Below the pieces are notes generated by a model, which saw only the letters and a list, made by a program, of their open reading frames with translations, ran no database searches and had not been told where the DNA came from. The position numbers and the translations under genes were made by a program. A DNA stretch of 64,000 bases from Ptychomitrium polyphyllum (Eukaryota), in NCBI GenBank assembly GCA_973851085.1, contig OZ316775.1, forward strand, positions 17,236,001 to 17,300,000, written 5' to 3'. The first letter of the stretch is position 1, and each line of letters begins with the position of its first letter. Shown in pieces: positions 48,939 through 62,757 of the stretch.

Positions 48939-51900
48939 ATTCAGTCATCTAGTATCTCTTTCTTTGTTTTCAAAATGAAATTACATTTATAAAATTTATC
49001 AGATACGACAAATCATAATTAAATCAAATAATTTTGTTATAGATGTCGTTAAAACTTATATGAAAATAAATCATAATTGAATATTAATTCCTTCATATTT
49101 AATTTTGTAAAAATAGAAGAAATACAACTCTAACAATTCATTTATTAAATGTTGTTTACCACCAATAATAAATTATGAAATTTTATACCAACACAAGTAT
49201 GTATGTATGTGAACTTTGTAGAAAAGAGATGATTTTTTATTACTCTATAGCACATTTTATATTAAAGTGATTCACCAAAAAGTTTTAAGATCTTGATAAA
49301 AAAGATTCTTTAGAAAAACTTATACATCCCAATAAGTTTATAAAATATTACATTTAAATGTAATAATTAAAACCTATCTAGCAATAAGAAAAATGTTATA
49401 TTTTTATTTATAGATAAATTTTAAAATAATTTTGAACTTTAAATTAAATAATTTAGACAAAATATCGAAATTATCAATTGTAGGTCAAATTTTATATGTA
49501 TAATCTAAAATTCAAATCCACTAGAATTTAAAACATTTCTTTAATCACCAAAGTTGAAATTAATATCTTAAAGTATATTTAACACAATTATTTTTAAATC
49601 TTTAAATTTAAATATAGTTTAGATCTCTTAAAGATTGAAGGTATTGATTGAAAGTTTTATCTTATAATAGGATGCTAGATTTTATTTTAGAAATGTATGA
49701 CTAATTCATTTTTGAAATTAAGCTTTCGTTCAAAATTAAAATTAAAATATTAAAAAGAAATTTCATTTTGAATAAGAATTGGTTTTAAAAAGCATAATTG
49801 GATGTTTAAGCTACAATAATAATTAATTAATATAAATTTAAAGATAAAGGAGCTAAATTTTGAATCTTTATAAATTAAAGTCTTAAACCATATAATGCAA
49901 AAACTTACATCTTTACTTATCTCAAATTAGTTGTTTAATTTATTACCATATCAATTAAATTTCTTTTAATAATTTTGTTGGCACTTCAAAAACAATTATC
50001 ATAACAATTTTCAAATCTTATACTTTGGTGTTTTTTAAGACTACTAAAGTGGCACCATATACGATCCTCTTGCAATTTTTGAAGTAATTTTCAATCAAAA
50101 ACCATCTTAATACTAAATTGTAGATAAAAACTCCATTTAGTAAAATAAATTTCAAACCATGGTCTTTTTTAGTTAGAAAAAAAGCTTAATTTTGGTCTTT
50201 CATATATTAAGTTGAAAATAATTATCACTTTATTATTTTCCATACGCTTTATAACCACACTTATTAAAAATATATTGCTTAAATGCTATATAAAAGAAGT
50301 ATATTGGTATCCTATTATTTCTACAATTTTATTTATTTATGGCAAAATAATAGTTTATTTCTATTTTTATTAATTATACATTCACCAATTTTTTCAATTT
50401 TTCCTTTTATATATTTTTTGATTTTCAAGTGGATATTTCCGAAGTTATCAGAACTTTTTTTAATAATATAATTTATAAAAAAATGATAGAAATAACTTAA
50501 TAAGATTTTTTATTTATTCCTTTATAAATATTAAATTTTAATATTTATATACATATATTTATAAACATTGTTGTTTGAAATACCTATATTTATTGTAAAT
50601 TCCATATTATGAATTTTAAAACATTAATCAATCAATGACCAATATGTATTATAAAATATTATTTTGAAATAATTGTGTTTAATATAAGTGAATGTAAATT
50701 TTAAAGAAAGTATTTAGTTTTTATTTGGCATTGCATTATATATAACAATAATAACATCAAAGTTTATATGGGCCATAAAAGTGATTTTTAAAAAACTAAA
50801 ACTTAATTACATTTTAAAATCAAAATTCTACAAGGTTTTTAGAGAGTCTAAATAGTTATAACTAATAAAAAGGATACTTAAAATGAGAAGACAAAGAAAT
50901 ATGTAATTATGAAATTGATTCAATCTTACAAATTTTGTAGATCATATCAAATTTAAAGTCCATTTGCCAAATTGTTGTAGTTCTTATAAGTACCAAAATA
51001 TCTATTAGTAGAAACTATTGTAATGAAGTTTTTTGAAATTAATTTCGTTTTTTCAAACATTTGTTTATTATAAAAGTAATAAAATACAACAAAAAAGATT
51101 CAAGTATTCAATTGATCAAAACAACAAGACCTTATGATTATCTAAATTTTACATGTGATTATTTACATGTGCTTATCAATGACAATTTAAATTAAGTGTA
51201 TAAAATAATAAATAATCTTTTAAAAAAATGCAAGACATCTTGTTCTACTACTAAATATGTAAAGCATTGAAATAACTCCTAAACATTAATTTGTATTTAT
51301 AAAGTATCTTTTGAAAATGAATTGTATATTAATGCCATAACATTAAAACATAATAAATACACTAATAATTTGCTTAATGCATACAACATTCATTAATCTA
51401 TTAGCCAATAGCTTTTGATACATTAAAGCACCTAAAATAAGTCATAATAATATGAAGACTTTTTTGACAATAGAAATATGGTTTTACAATATTAAGATTT
51501 GAAAATGCAATAAATAGATCTAAATTACATTTATTCTTGATAATTTTAGATGTAGAAATTCAATAGTTGAATTTTTTAAAATTAAATATTTGAATATTCT
51601 ATAGAATATATAAGCTATTTTCTATAAATAGAATATATTTTTATTAAATTATAATAAATGATATGTATTGATTTTTATATGTTTTTAAAAGCATTCATAT
51701 TATATACAAAGTTTAAACATTAAAAAAATACATCAAAGCTTTCATATACTATCTAGATTTAAATAGCCTATTTAATAATATTAAAACCAACAATTTTTTT
51801 TAAATTGCTTGTAATTAAGTTAGATTGTTTTTTTTCTATTTACATTACAAAATTATATGCAATAAAGACTAATTAAAGAAATATATTTATCTTTAGCCAT

Positions 51901-54900
51901 TTGAAAATAAAACTTGAATTCTTCAAATATGACAGATATTTGTAATACATCAATATTTTATGGATTTATGCAGAAGATCCTTTATAAGTATTAAATATAA
52001 TTTTAAATTATATTTAAATTGTAATATTTCAAATTATTATTTTTAACTTAAGAAATTTGATAATTTATTTAAATATCATAAAATAATTCAAATCTACCTT
52101 TGACTAATTCCACTATTGATCCAATTTTATTCTTTGTATGAATAATGAATGAAGCTCTATAACTCCAAAATAAACTGAATTACAACCAAAGATTTCTAAG
52201 AGGTTGTTTAATAAAGCTTTGATTTTTTAAATTTAATTGATTCAATGCAAATAAAGCTCTTTTTTCTTTTAATAAATGCTCATGCTACATCTAGCCTACT
52301 AAAGATTATATATTTGGCTTTTTCATGTTCCATTTTGAGGCAATATGACCAAATTATATAAAAGATTTATAAAAATTAAATTAAAAAACTTTAGTTTGTT
52401 CATTTCTTGTCTAAAAAATAACTTTATTAGTCTTGTATTAAATTTCACTTCTTTTGATAAATAATTCCACATATTACATTAATGTGCTTAATATAACCTC
52501 AATAAAAAGGTGATTACTTTTATGAGGCTTTTACATTACATAATTTCATACTTATCTTGAAGAAAGCTTCTTTGTAGTTGAGGCACAAATCATAGAGGAT
52601 TATAAGAAGTAGGAGTTAATAAGAATAATCAAGAATAATCTAATATGGTAACTTCCACCCTTCACAAAAAGCAATGAAGAACAGACAGTATTCATAAAAG
52701 AATTCATCCATCTCTTACAAGAATACATACATCTCTTACAAGAATACATCCATCACATCACAGAGATCAAGCTCTTTACTGACTACAACGATGGGACTAT
52801 TTCATGTCGATTCTCGTCAGTCCTTGCCGAGCTCCCCACTCCGAACTCCCCCTCAACAGTCACCTATCTAATCTGTCTACGCTGTCTACGCAGTGTACGC
52901 ATTCATGAGAAAATATGATAACCGCACAAAACAACGTACAAGCATTCTTGTCTCGGCTGCTACATGCATTCAAATGAAAAGATGTAAGCAATCATGCCAC
53001 AAGATGGAGGAGGGAGCGTCTGAGAGTACACAGTATGCGATGGAAAACCAGTGTCCATTATAGTTTGAAGTAGGGAGAAGTACTACAAACATGTGTCTTT
53101 GCTCATTTGATCTACACAAAAGGTTCATGTAGCCTTCCAGTATGTGATTGAGAGAATCCATCCAACTTTAGAAGTAGGGATACATTTAGCCTTCATGAAC
53201 ACATCGATTATCATGAAGTCCTGCCACCGGACATTCTCGCTCTGCGCTCCAAACAAGCTGGTATCGTAATTGCTAAGCTATAGGAACTTGCAAATCGAAG
53301 GACATCGTACCAGCAAGGTTTTCCCATCTTCTAGAGGAATTCCTATTGCTTGTCTTCCTTGCACATTTGACGTGGGGCACTAAATTGTAAAATTTTACGA
53401 CCAAGATAAGGCCTTGAGAAAAGCGTTCTGTATGCATGCATGCATCTGGTAACAATTACTGAGTTCAAGAGAATTGGTCTGTTTGCGATGATTTCGATGT
53501 ACTGCAACTACAAAAAAAGTTATAGCTGTTGTAAAAATCACTAAGAAGAATCACTCTTCTCAAGGAATGAGAAGCAAATTAACCTGTGATACAGCAATCA
53601 GTCAGGTACATACCACAATACATACCGCAATACATACCTTGCAGCGAGATTTCAAGGACACAAGGGATTCCCACAGTTTTCCTACACTTACCCTATCAGG
53701 ATTCCATCAGGATCTCTACTCACCAAGTCCAGTTTTCGAGCGTACATACTCAAGACTGTCTCCGAGTTCCAAAAACATATTCAAGACTGGGAGGCCGAAA
53801 ACCAATTGCAAAGCAGAGAATACATGTTGAATCACTGAGTTGACGTAGGCATGTCAACAATGCAGTTGCTGACTACACAGATCAACGCTTTAAACATACG
53901 TAAGAGAAACTCTCTGGAATTGCAAATCATTTCTCTGGATGCACAAGCATTGCTGGGAGCCAGAAACAAACGACCAACTAACAACTCATAGCCACAAATT
54001 GTGACAGAATTCGAGGACAAAAGTGGTACTATTCTTAAAATCTGCGATCGAGCACACTCGGCATTCATCCCCAAGTTTGTCATACAGATTCGTTTCGCCG
54101 TCACCGTGTTGCATGACGTTCTGGATTCCATGTCTGTAAGTGCAACATCATGACTGTAAAGCCAGCCCGGTTCACACAACCGGCTGATAATCAAATCGAC
54201 TTTGTTTCTTCCCTTCTCCAGCTCATAACTATCGCCATATCCAGGGGCTTCATCAATGCCCTAACTTTGATCTTCTCAACGGACGGCAGTTTTTCCACAA
54301 TCGTCATCGTACGGCTAAGTTTGAATGAATGTAAGAAGATGCTCTAAATATGAGAAGTGGGAACTGGAAACATGAGCAATGGAACAAGAGAGAACTTGAG
54401 CAGAAGAGCCTGAAGGCATTTAGGACATGCATGTGCCTGGATGGTGCACGGTCGTTTGTGCTCCAAGAGAATGAAACATGCTACAAGAATCTTGAGGTCT
54501 GTCTTCATCTGAGGAGCTTCCTCATTCACATTCAATGGTAATGTTTGGTGAATGTTTTGACAATTGGCAAGACTCAGAACCTTGGTGAGAATTTAGGTAG
54601 AAACGAACAATATAAACTCTGTTGAATGGCTGAACCTGGAATTCTGAGTTGGTTGAGCAAGGATATGCCTTCCCAGATAGAGCATTTTGAGATTTTTATT
54701 AGTGGAGATCCTTATCTCAAATACATTTCCTGATCAGATGCTTATTGCAGCAATGCAGCAAGTTACTCTAGCATAGAGGTACAGAACCTTATCTCCTTGG
54801 CACCTTCTGCAAGTCCCGAGATAACTAATTGACTTCGTTAGGAAAGTATCATGCATGAGAACAACGCTGCTCCGTGAACACATCATTATATCCACATGCA

Positions 54901-57249
54901 ATAGATTACTGCTATCCCATTTTTATGTAATACATTCGGAAAAGAAAAAATTGTCATTCTTATTAGGAAAAAAGTTCTCAAATACTTCTCACAAGTTTTA
55001 TGTGGTTCCTGGTTACATATGAATAAAATATGTATTTTTTGTTTAAAATTTCATTGTTTTACTTGAAATATATTGACATTACTTCTTTACACATAAAAAA
55101 AAAGGGTTTTAAGTGTAATAGTTGTATTATATAGGGAAATTTGAAAGGAAATATTTCTTTGCACAAAAAATACATATGAATGAAAATCTATGATAATTGT
55201 TATATAAGTGTTATATTAACAAGGTTAGGTTGTAATCACACATCTGATGTGTTCACACTAGCCATAATCTTTTTCTCTAGTAAAAGCTAAAAGCATGAGT
55301 TTCTGATGACTAATAGACTGTGCAAATACTCCTGAAACTATTCTGCCTTGAGCCTATGGCAATTTTGAAGCTTGTGTTAAATCTTAGTACATGCTGGATG
55401 GGGCCTGCTCCTTTCACAGAGATTGGATTTCCTGCTTTGCCCCCTACAAACTCTGTCCGCACAGCTTGGGGATTTCTGCGCATGCAAGGCAAACTGAAGC
55501 CCATCTGCTAGATCTAGGTTTATTCTCTCATAATCTCTTGGCTTCGTCATCAAATGCTATATTTAGAGTTTTCATCTCTAAAAATCTCTTGGCTTGGTTA
55601 AAGGTTAGATGTGTGGCTACTTACATTGGCACTTGCAATGCTAATTCCACCAATTTTGTTTCTGTGAAGATTTTAGTAATGAGAAGATTGCTTTGTAGGA
55701 AGTATCTAGAGTTTGTTTTGGTCAAGAAGATTGCTTTGTAGGAGGTGTTAAAGGTCTATCTTAATCAAGAGGATTTCTTTGTAGAAAGATTTGGAGGTCT
55801 ATCCAAGTTGATTAACATAATTTGAACTTAAATCCCTCAATTTAATGAATTCAAGTTTGTCATTAGAACAAATCAACTATGTTTTGAGAAGGGAAATTAC
55901 ACATTTGTTATGGTGTTCTCTTCTTTCCAAAGCTAACATATTTCATAAAAATTGAAAGTTTAACATGAAGAATTTGTTCTTGTCTTTATTACCTTTTTGC
56001 AAAGAATTAATAGCTTCATGTATATCAAATTGCTTCCATAGCTTTTGTAAGTTATATTGTATATAGCATTGCAAAATTTAGAACATATTTTGGATGCTTG
56101 CTTATTGGATTTGATTTTCATTCTTTTTTAAAGTTGTTGCATTAACATTGCACATGCTATTAAAATTTGAAGACATTACTTATAGTAGAACCTTTATTTG
56201 ACAAATTATAGTAATTAAATTGGTCCATTTTCAAATAACATATTAAGATCCAAAACATATGCTTGCATCAACTTCTTTCTTTCTTTTTGGACATTCAACA
56301 ATAAGATTAAACATTCATTCTTATCAACAAGTAATATATATCAATAACTAATATACTTATAAAATTGAGATGAACTTGATAATAAATTTTAATATTATCT
56401 TTAGATTTCAGACACAATGAACTTTTGGTGATCATCCATGCTTGTAGTGGCTTAGAGTTGTTCTAATATCAAATTTGCAAATGTTCTCAAGGGTGTCCAA
56501 TGAAGAGTTTTTGGCATAAAGAGTTTTTTTTCAATTTAATAGCAACTGATGAGTTAAATTGATATAATATGGTTTATAATAAATGAATGTGTTGTGAATT
56601 TTTAGATAATTTTGTAATATATCCTATGAAGTTCAATAATCAATTGATTTGTTATCCTATAAAAATTTGAATTGAAATATGGAAGAAGAAATATGATAAA
56701 AAAACAATATCAACCTACACATTGTTTTGGTTCTTATAAGTCAATGTGGATTTAAAAATTCAAGGTAATAATGTTCTTGTTTTAATTTCCTTTTTGAAGC
56801 TAAAACATAAAAATATAAATCACTATACAAACAAAGCTTATAAAAATAGCTACATTAAACATATATAAAATGATATACATTAACATTACATCATACATTT
56901 TAAAAATTAATATAATATCAACTTACTTTTGTATTAATATTGTAGTAAAAAATCTATTTTTATTTTAATTGCAAGACATGATGATATACGGTTATAAAGA
57001 TTATAAGGCTTTGAAGATTTAATAACTGACAAATTTATTAGATTTAAGGCCAAAAAAACGAATAGATTATCAACTATTGAAGGTGGACCTAATTGCAATT
57101 AAGATTTTTAGAAAGCAATTCATTTATTACCTTTAATTGCTTAAATCACATGTTATAAAAAAATCCATATTGATAAGCATAATTTGCTTTATAATTGTCT
57201 TGCTAATAGCATTTTAATAAGGAAAAGATTCAATATAAATCTAGGATTT

Positions 57250-59850
57250 TAGAAGATATAAAGCTTTAGGTTAAATTTGAATTGGTTCAAAAAGTAAGAC
57301 CTTAGGATTTTATTGCATAGCATTTTAAAATAATCAAAGCCAAAGTAGAACATGAAAGTGAGGAAAATAAGATGCAAAATGGTATAAAAAATAATATCAC
57401 TAAAATCCAAGTGACACAATTAGTATTTAAATGTAAATATAATTGCATTCTTTTTCTTTATTAGGAGTTTTTGAATAACTGTCATAGATGATATACTTTA
57501 ATCATTTAGCTATTGTGGCAACAAACAAAAATGTGTGATTGTGGTCACAATAAGATTGTTGCATGCAATGCTACATTTGATATCATTAAATATAAAATAG
57601 ATAAATTTTGTTTTACTTCTATAATTTGTTTTGATATTTTTAATATTATAAGGTATTTAAAAAGAAAAACATATCATACTTATTTTTGTGTAATAACTAT
57701 ATAATATCATTTAATTACTCTTATAATATATAATTCATTTTTAAATGACATTGATATAGTATAGATTATTATAAGCAATGTAAAAGTATTGGACATGATA
57801 TATTGTCGCAACCCTTATAATGCACCTTGACAAACGTCGCGCGCGTCAATTCTGTACACCCCCACATGCACATGGTTAATTCCCATTTTCACTTTCCAAG
57901 TCCCAAGCTTGGTTTCCAATTCTCCCTACCATTTCTCTTAGGACACCCAATTGATTGGTAGCTAATGATTAGGTGCGGACTTCCATTCATGTCCAAGGCC
58001 TCACTTAGTATTATTCCCATTCTACACGGCCTAACCGCACTTAGTGGTGTCTCCTCACCACCACTCATGATTCCCATGTGATCCTAAGATCACCTTAGGC
58101 CATCATGGTGCTGGCGTGAAGACACCACTCCAACTCAGTGGTAACAAGCATGCCCTTTTTATCTCACTAGTTCCTTTTGTGAAATTGATCATCCACCGGC
58201 TCACAATGGTGTGGAAGTTTCCGTGATGAAGCCCCAACACTAGCTCCACCAATCGGGACTCACCTTTGATTCTTACCGAGACACTAGGAGAATAGGGAGG
58301 AAGACTAGCCCTTCCCTATAGTATTCTCTATGGGAATTGGCAGGCCCCCTAGCCCTCTGTAGCTGACTGAATCCTGACACACCCAAACTTTTGGAAGACC
58401 ACCCGATGTCCCTTGGGACTTAGCCGTTAAAAGCCTTCGGGACTTCATGCGGACCTTCAGGGAGCCATATCTTCCATGTTTGGTGTCCAAATCTATTAAG
58501 CGGCCACTCTATCGTCATTTGCTCTTTACGTAGATCCCGATGGACTCTTTAAACGTCTAATTTGATTTAATATTCTGGAAGATATGCCTCTTCCAAGGTT
58601 TGGAACTCTAGGGGAGTCCCTCCCTATACTGTTCCAGTCCAGTACAGTCATTGTCTAGGGCTGCCACAGTCCAGAACAGCCCCTTGGCAGCCCCAACTTT
58701 GAGATGCCATATCTTTTAGCTCTCTTGTCTGATTTAAGTAATCTTTAGTATTCTAGAATCAACTCTTTGTGAGTACCCAAATGCCTATAATTTATCCCTT
58801 GTAGCCCTTGGTCTATATGGGCAAGAATGTTTCTCTCCCTCGAGATTCTTCTCACGCTAGGCCTACTTGGGCTACTTCACTATTGGCGCTGCAAGTCCCG
58901 GACGTCACTCCGGAGTCCCTCTTATGCGCTTAGTGTTGCGAGCACTCCTCAAGGAGAGGTGCGCGACATATATGGTTAAATGTTATTAATGCTCACAATC
59001 TAAAAAGAAAAAAATCAAATTATTTTAAAATAGAGAATATTAATGTAGATTTACTAAAAATGAAAAAAAAAATAGTGCGTTCATTCATTTTGTATATTTT
59101 ATGCAATTCTAATGTACAATATTGAATCATCTTATATATTAGTTGGACTCCAATTAAATGATATTATAAAGATTGCAAAATGGTATAGAAAACATTAACT
59201 GCCATCATATTGTGTTTATAGCACAAGCAACTCCATAAGCCTAATGGTCTTGTTAAAAAGATATCCAATGAAGAAGTTAGGCACAATATTATGTTAAGGC
59301 TTGGAAAATTGATGTACATAGAGACTTTTGGCAATTCCATAATTGAATCTATTGAAGTTGCTCAAATAAAAGCTTTGCAAATAATCAAAGATTAATTTTA
59401 GGAAGTTAAATTCATAAAATATTTCATTTTCTATAGAGTTGGATGAACTTGATAAGTTACAATTTGGACCTTATTATTTCTTAGTTGTACACATTTATTA
59501 TGTTTAATTCTTTTGAAATGAATGTATTTAAATTAATGAAATATAAAAACATAGAAATTTGCTAATATATGTGCGTATCTTTATTATTAATTTATTATTT
59601 TGTATAGTTAATTTTTATTTGTTATTTTTATAAAAATTTGGACATAAGCTAGGTATTAATATCTTTATATAGAAGAAGATATTAAAATTTCTATTCATTC
59701 CTACAACAATTTTATGAAGTAAATATTAGCTTTGAGCAAAAATATACCAATATTAAAATAATTGGATTGAATACCTATTATAAACCTTGTTGAATACTAT
59801 TGAAACTTGTAGTTTTGAAGAGATAAGATTACAAAAAAGATGAACAAAGA
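57250..59850 (+). pseudogene. Decayed Mutator-like (MULE) transposase remnant, split by a solo LTR
   Basis: 57513 onward reads WQQTKMCDCGHNKIVACNATFDIIKYK (resembles the first catalytic D-x-T-F segment, here D to N). 59198 onward reads TAIILCL*HKQ...LVKKISNEEVRHNIMLRLGKLMY...FIKYF (CxxH motif and following helices). Recognised from memory of the family; boundaries approximate; no TIRs found. Confidence 0.55.
57804..58968 (-). mobile_element. Solo LTR of family C (1165 bp)
   Basis: Reverse complement of 17113-18256; TG...CA termini; perfect TSD TATAT / TATAT. Confidence 0.95.
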
Positions 59851-59870
59851 AATGACGTAACAACAATAAG

Positions 59871-62757
59871 TACAATGAATCATTGATCATGCAACATAAT
59901 CTTTAGAAGCTTTTAGAATCTTTTGGTATATTATGATTGTTGCGCACCTCTCCTTGAGGAATGCCCACAACACTAAGGGCACAATAGGAACTCCAAAGTG
60001 ACGTCCGAGACTTGTCGCGCCGATAGTGACGTAACCCCAATGGGCTTAGCATGAAAAGGATCCGGAGGGGGAGAAACATCTTTATCCATGTAGATTGAGG
60101 GCCACAAATAAAGAATTGTAGGCATTGGAGGACTCACAACGAGTTGATTCTAGACTACTAAAAATTACTCAATTTGGATAAGGGAGCTAAAAGATATGGC
60201 ATTCAAAGTTGAGGCTGCCAAGGGTTGTTCTAGACTGTGGCAGCCCTGGAATGTGACTGTGCTGGACTAAGACAATATAGGGAGGGACTTTCCGGAAGTC
60301 CCAAACCTTAGGAGAAGCATATTTTCCAGAATACTAAATCAAATCGGACATTTGAGGAGTCTATCAACATCTATGCAAAGAATAGATGACAATAAATTGA
60401 TCGTTTGATAGAATTGGAAACCAAAAGTGGAAGATATGGCTACCTAAAGGTCGACAAGAAATTTCAAATGCTTCCAGCGGCTAAGTCCTAAGGAAGATCG
60501 GGTGGTTTTCCAAAATTTTGGATGTGTCGAGATTCAGCTAGCTACAGAGGGCCAAGGGGCTTGTCAAATGCAATAGAGAGTATTATAAAGGAGGGCTGGT
60601 CTCCCCCTCTCACTTCTATAGTATTCCGGTAGGAATAAAAATTGAGTCCTTGTGAATGGAGCTAGTATTGAAGCTTCAATACGGGGATTCCTACACCATT
60701 GTGAGCTGGTGGGTGATCAGTTTTACGAAAAGAACTAGTGAGATCTAAAGAATACGCTTGTTATCACTCAGTTGGAGTGGTATCTTCACGCCAGTACCAT
60801 GGTAGCCCAAGGTGATATTAAGATTACATGGGGATCATGAGTGGTGGTGAGGAGATACCACTAAGTGCGGTTAGGTTGTGTGGAATGGGAGTAACACCAA
60901 GTGAGGCCTTGGACATGAATGGAAGTCCGCACCTAACCATTGGCAACCAATGAATTGGATGTTCTAAGAGAAATGGTAGAAAGAATTGGAAATCAAGCTT
61001 GGGACTTGGAGAGTGAAAATGGGAGTTAATCATGTGTATATGGGGGTGTAGAGGGTTGACATGCGTGAATTTTGTTAAAATACATTACAAGGGTTGCAAC
61101 AATACTAGCTTCTTTGAATACTTTCAATGTTTCCATAGCTGTTTTTACATCCTTTGGAAACTTCTTTAGAAGGTTCCACCATCTTAAAAAACTTCAAAAG
61201 AAAGTTCTAATTCCTTGGAAGCTTTTTAAGAAGGTTCCACCATCTTGGAAATTTTTTTGAGAAAATTCCATAGAATTCTGGAACATTTTCAAGCCTTGTA
61301 AGAAACTTCTTTAGAAATATCTTTGGAGATACAAGTGTCATAGTATAGATAAGAGGCAAAATAAGTAATATTTTACTCTTGCTAATACAAATTGTGGATC
61401 ATATTGTATCCTGCCTTGCCTTAGTTTTTGTATCAGCTCTTGTTAATCATTAGCTCTTTGGAAGTTAATTCTTGGGAAATGCTTTGTTTCTACTTCTTAT
61501 TTCTTGTGTTTTATTAATTGTCTGACTAGACTACTCTTTAGCTTTGTCAAAGCTAATGTTTTTTAAAGAAGATAATGAATTACCAATCTTTTATAGGATC
61601 CTATAGCATCTTAAAGGTTGCGGATTACCCTCTTCTAAGTTGACACCATAAGTTGATTTCTCCTTCTAAAAAAAAAGTGCTACTTCTTTTGAAGAAAGGT
61701 CAATCTTTCAAAGAACGTGGATTACCTTCCTTTGAAGATATTCATAGTTTTTTTTGTTTTTGACAGTCTGAAGTAATGGATAACATGCCTAAAACATTAG
61801 GAAATAAATTTGCAACTATTGCATATCTTCAAGAGTTACTAAATATATTTCAAACGGAACTTGCTTGCTTTGATACCACCAATAATTTAAAGCAACATAC
61901 TTGGCAAGCTGAAGAATCCAATGGCAATATTCAAAGTTTATATTAAGAAGTTGTTTGATTGCTAACATTAAAAGAAAAGTCTTTCATCAGAACTATGTAG
62001 AGCCAAAGATTAGCATACTAGACAAGTTTGATGGATCATAATCTTTATTAATAGGCTTTATTCAACAAGTAAGGCTCTTCCTTAGTTTGCATCAATTTCG
62101 CTATTTTGATGGCATTATTTAAGTTTGATTTGTAACCACTCTTCTATCAAACAATGTATTATTGTGGTTTGCACCACTAATAAAGAAGCAGTCACCATTA
62201 TTGAACAATGTAGATGCTTTTATAGAAGCAATGACATCTATCTTTGGAGACACTGATAAAAAGAGAATGGTTAAAACAAGGATCCAAAGTTTATAACAAG
62301 AACAGCGCTCAGTTGCTATATATGCTACAGAGTTTTGACAACTAGCATGTGACCTTGATTGGAATGCTAAGACCTTGGTTATAGGATTCCAATAGAGCTT
62401 GAGAGACATTGTGAAAGATTTGTTATTCATTATGCCAAAAGTTGATACATTGAACATATTCAATACTCAAGCAATAGCATGTGACAATAGACTATTTGAT
62501 AGGTGTCAAGAATAATGCTTGGAATGGAGATTGATACATCAAGGTATGGAATCCACTTCTTCAAAAGTATTGAAAAATTGACTACAAGGACTGGAATCTA
62601 TGCAAATTTAATTATTGCTGCCCAATTTAGATGTTTGATTTCCAAAGAAAAGAAAAGGCGTAGAAATGGAAATCCATATTTGTATTTTGGCAAATTTGGA
62701 CATAAAGTGCGCAATTGCCAAATTAAGGAATCTGCTTTCAAGTCTCAAGGCACAATG
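59871..62757 (+). mobile_element. 5' part of an old family A element (5' LTR about 59871-59937 plus 61102-61517, leader, gag 61776-62757), truncated just after the zinc knuckle
   Basis: Homologous to the reverse complement of 8650-10319. gag starts ATGGATAACATG at 61776, as at 9543. Confidence 0.85.
59938..61101 (+). mobile_element. Solo LTR of family C (1164 bp) nested in a family A LTR
   Basis: TGTTGCGCACC...GTTGCAACA. Flanks ATGAT / ATACT each differ by one base from the host LTR pentamer ATAAT. Confidence 0.92.

Noticed and set aside
50900..52350. Faint coding-like patches on the minus strand (possible old DNA transposon)
   Set aside because: Too decayed to assign any motif by eye.
52958..53133. 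Loose hairpin (GCTACATG / CATGTAGC and TCAAATGA / TCATTTGA)
   Set aside because: Short discontinuous stems with large asymmetric gaps; no recognisable miRNA.
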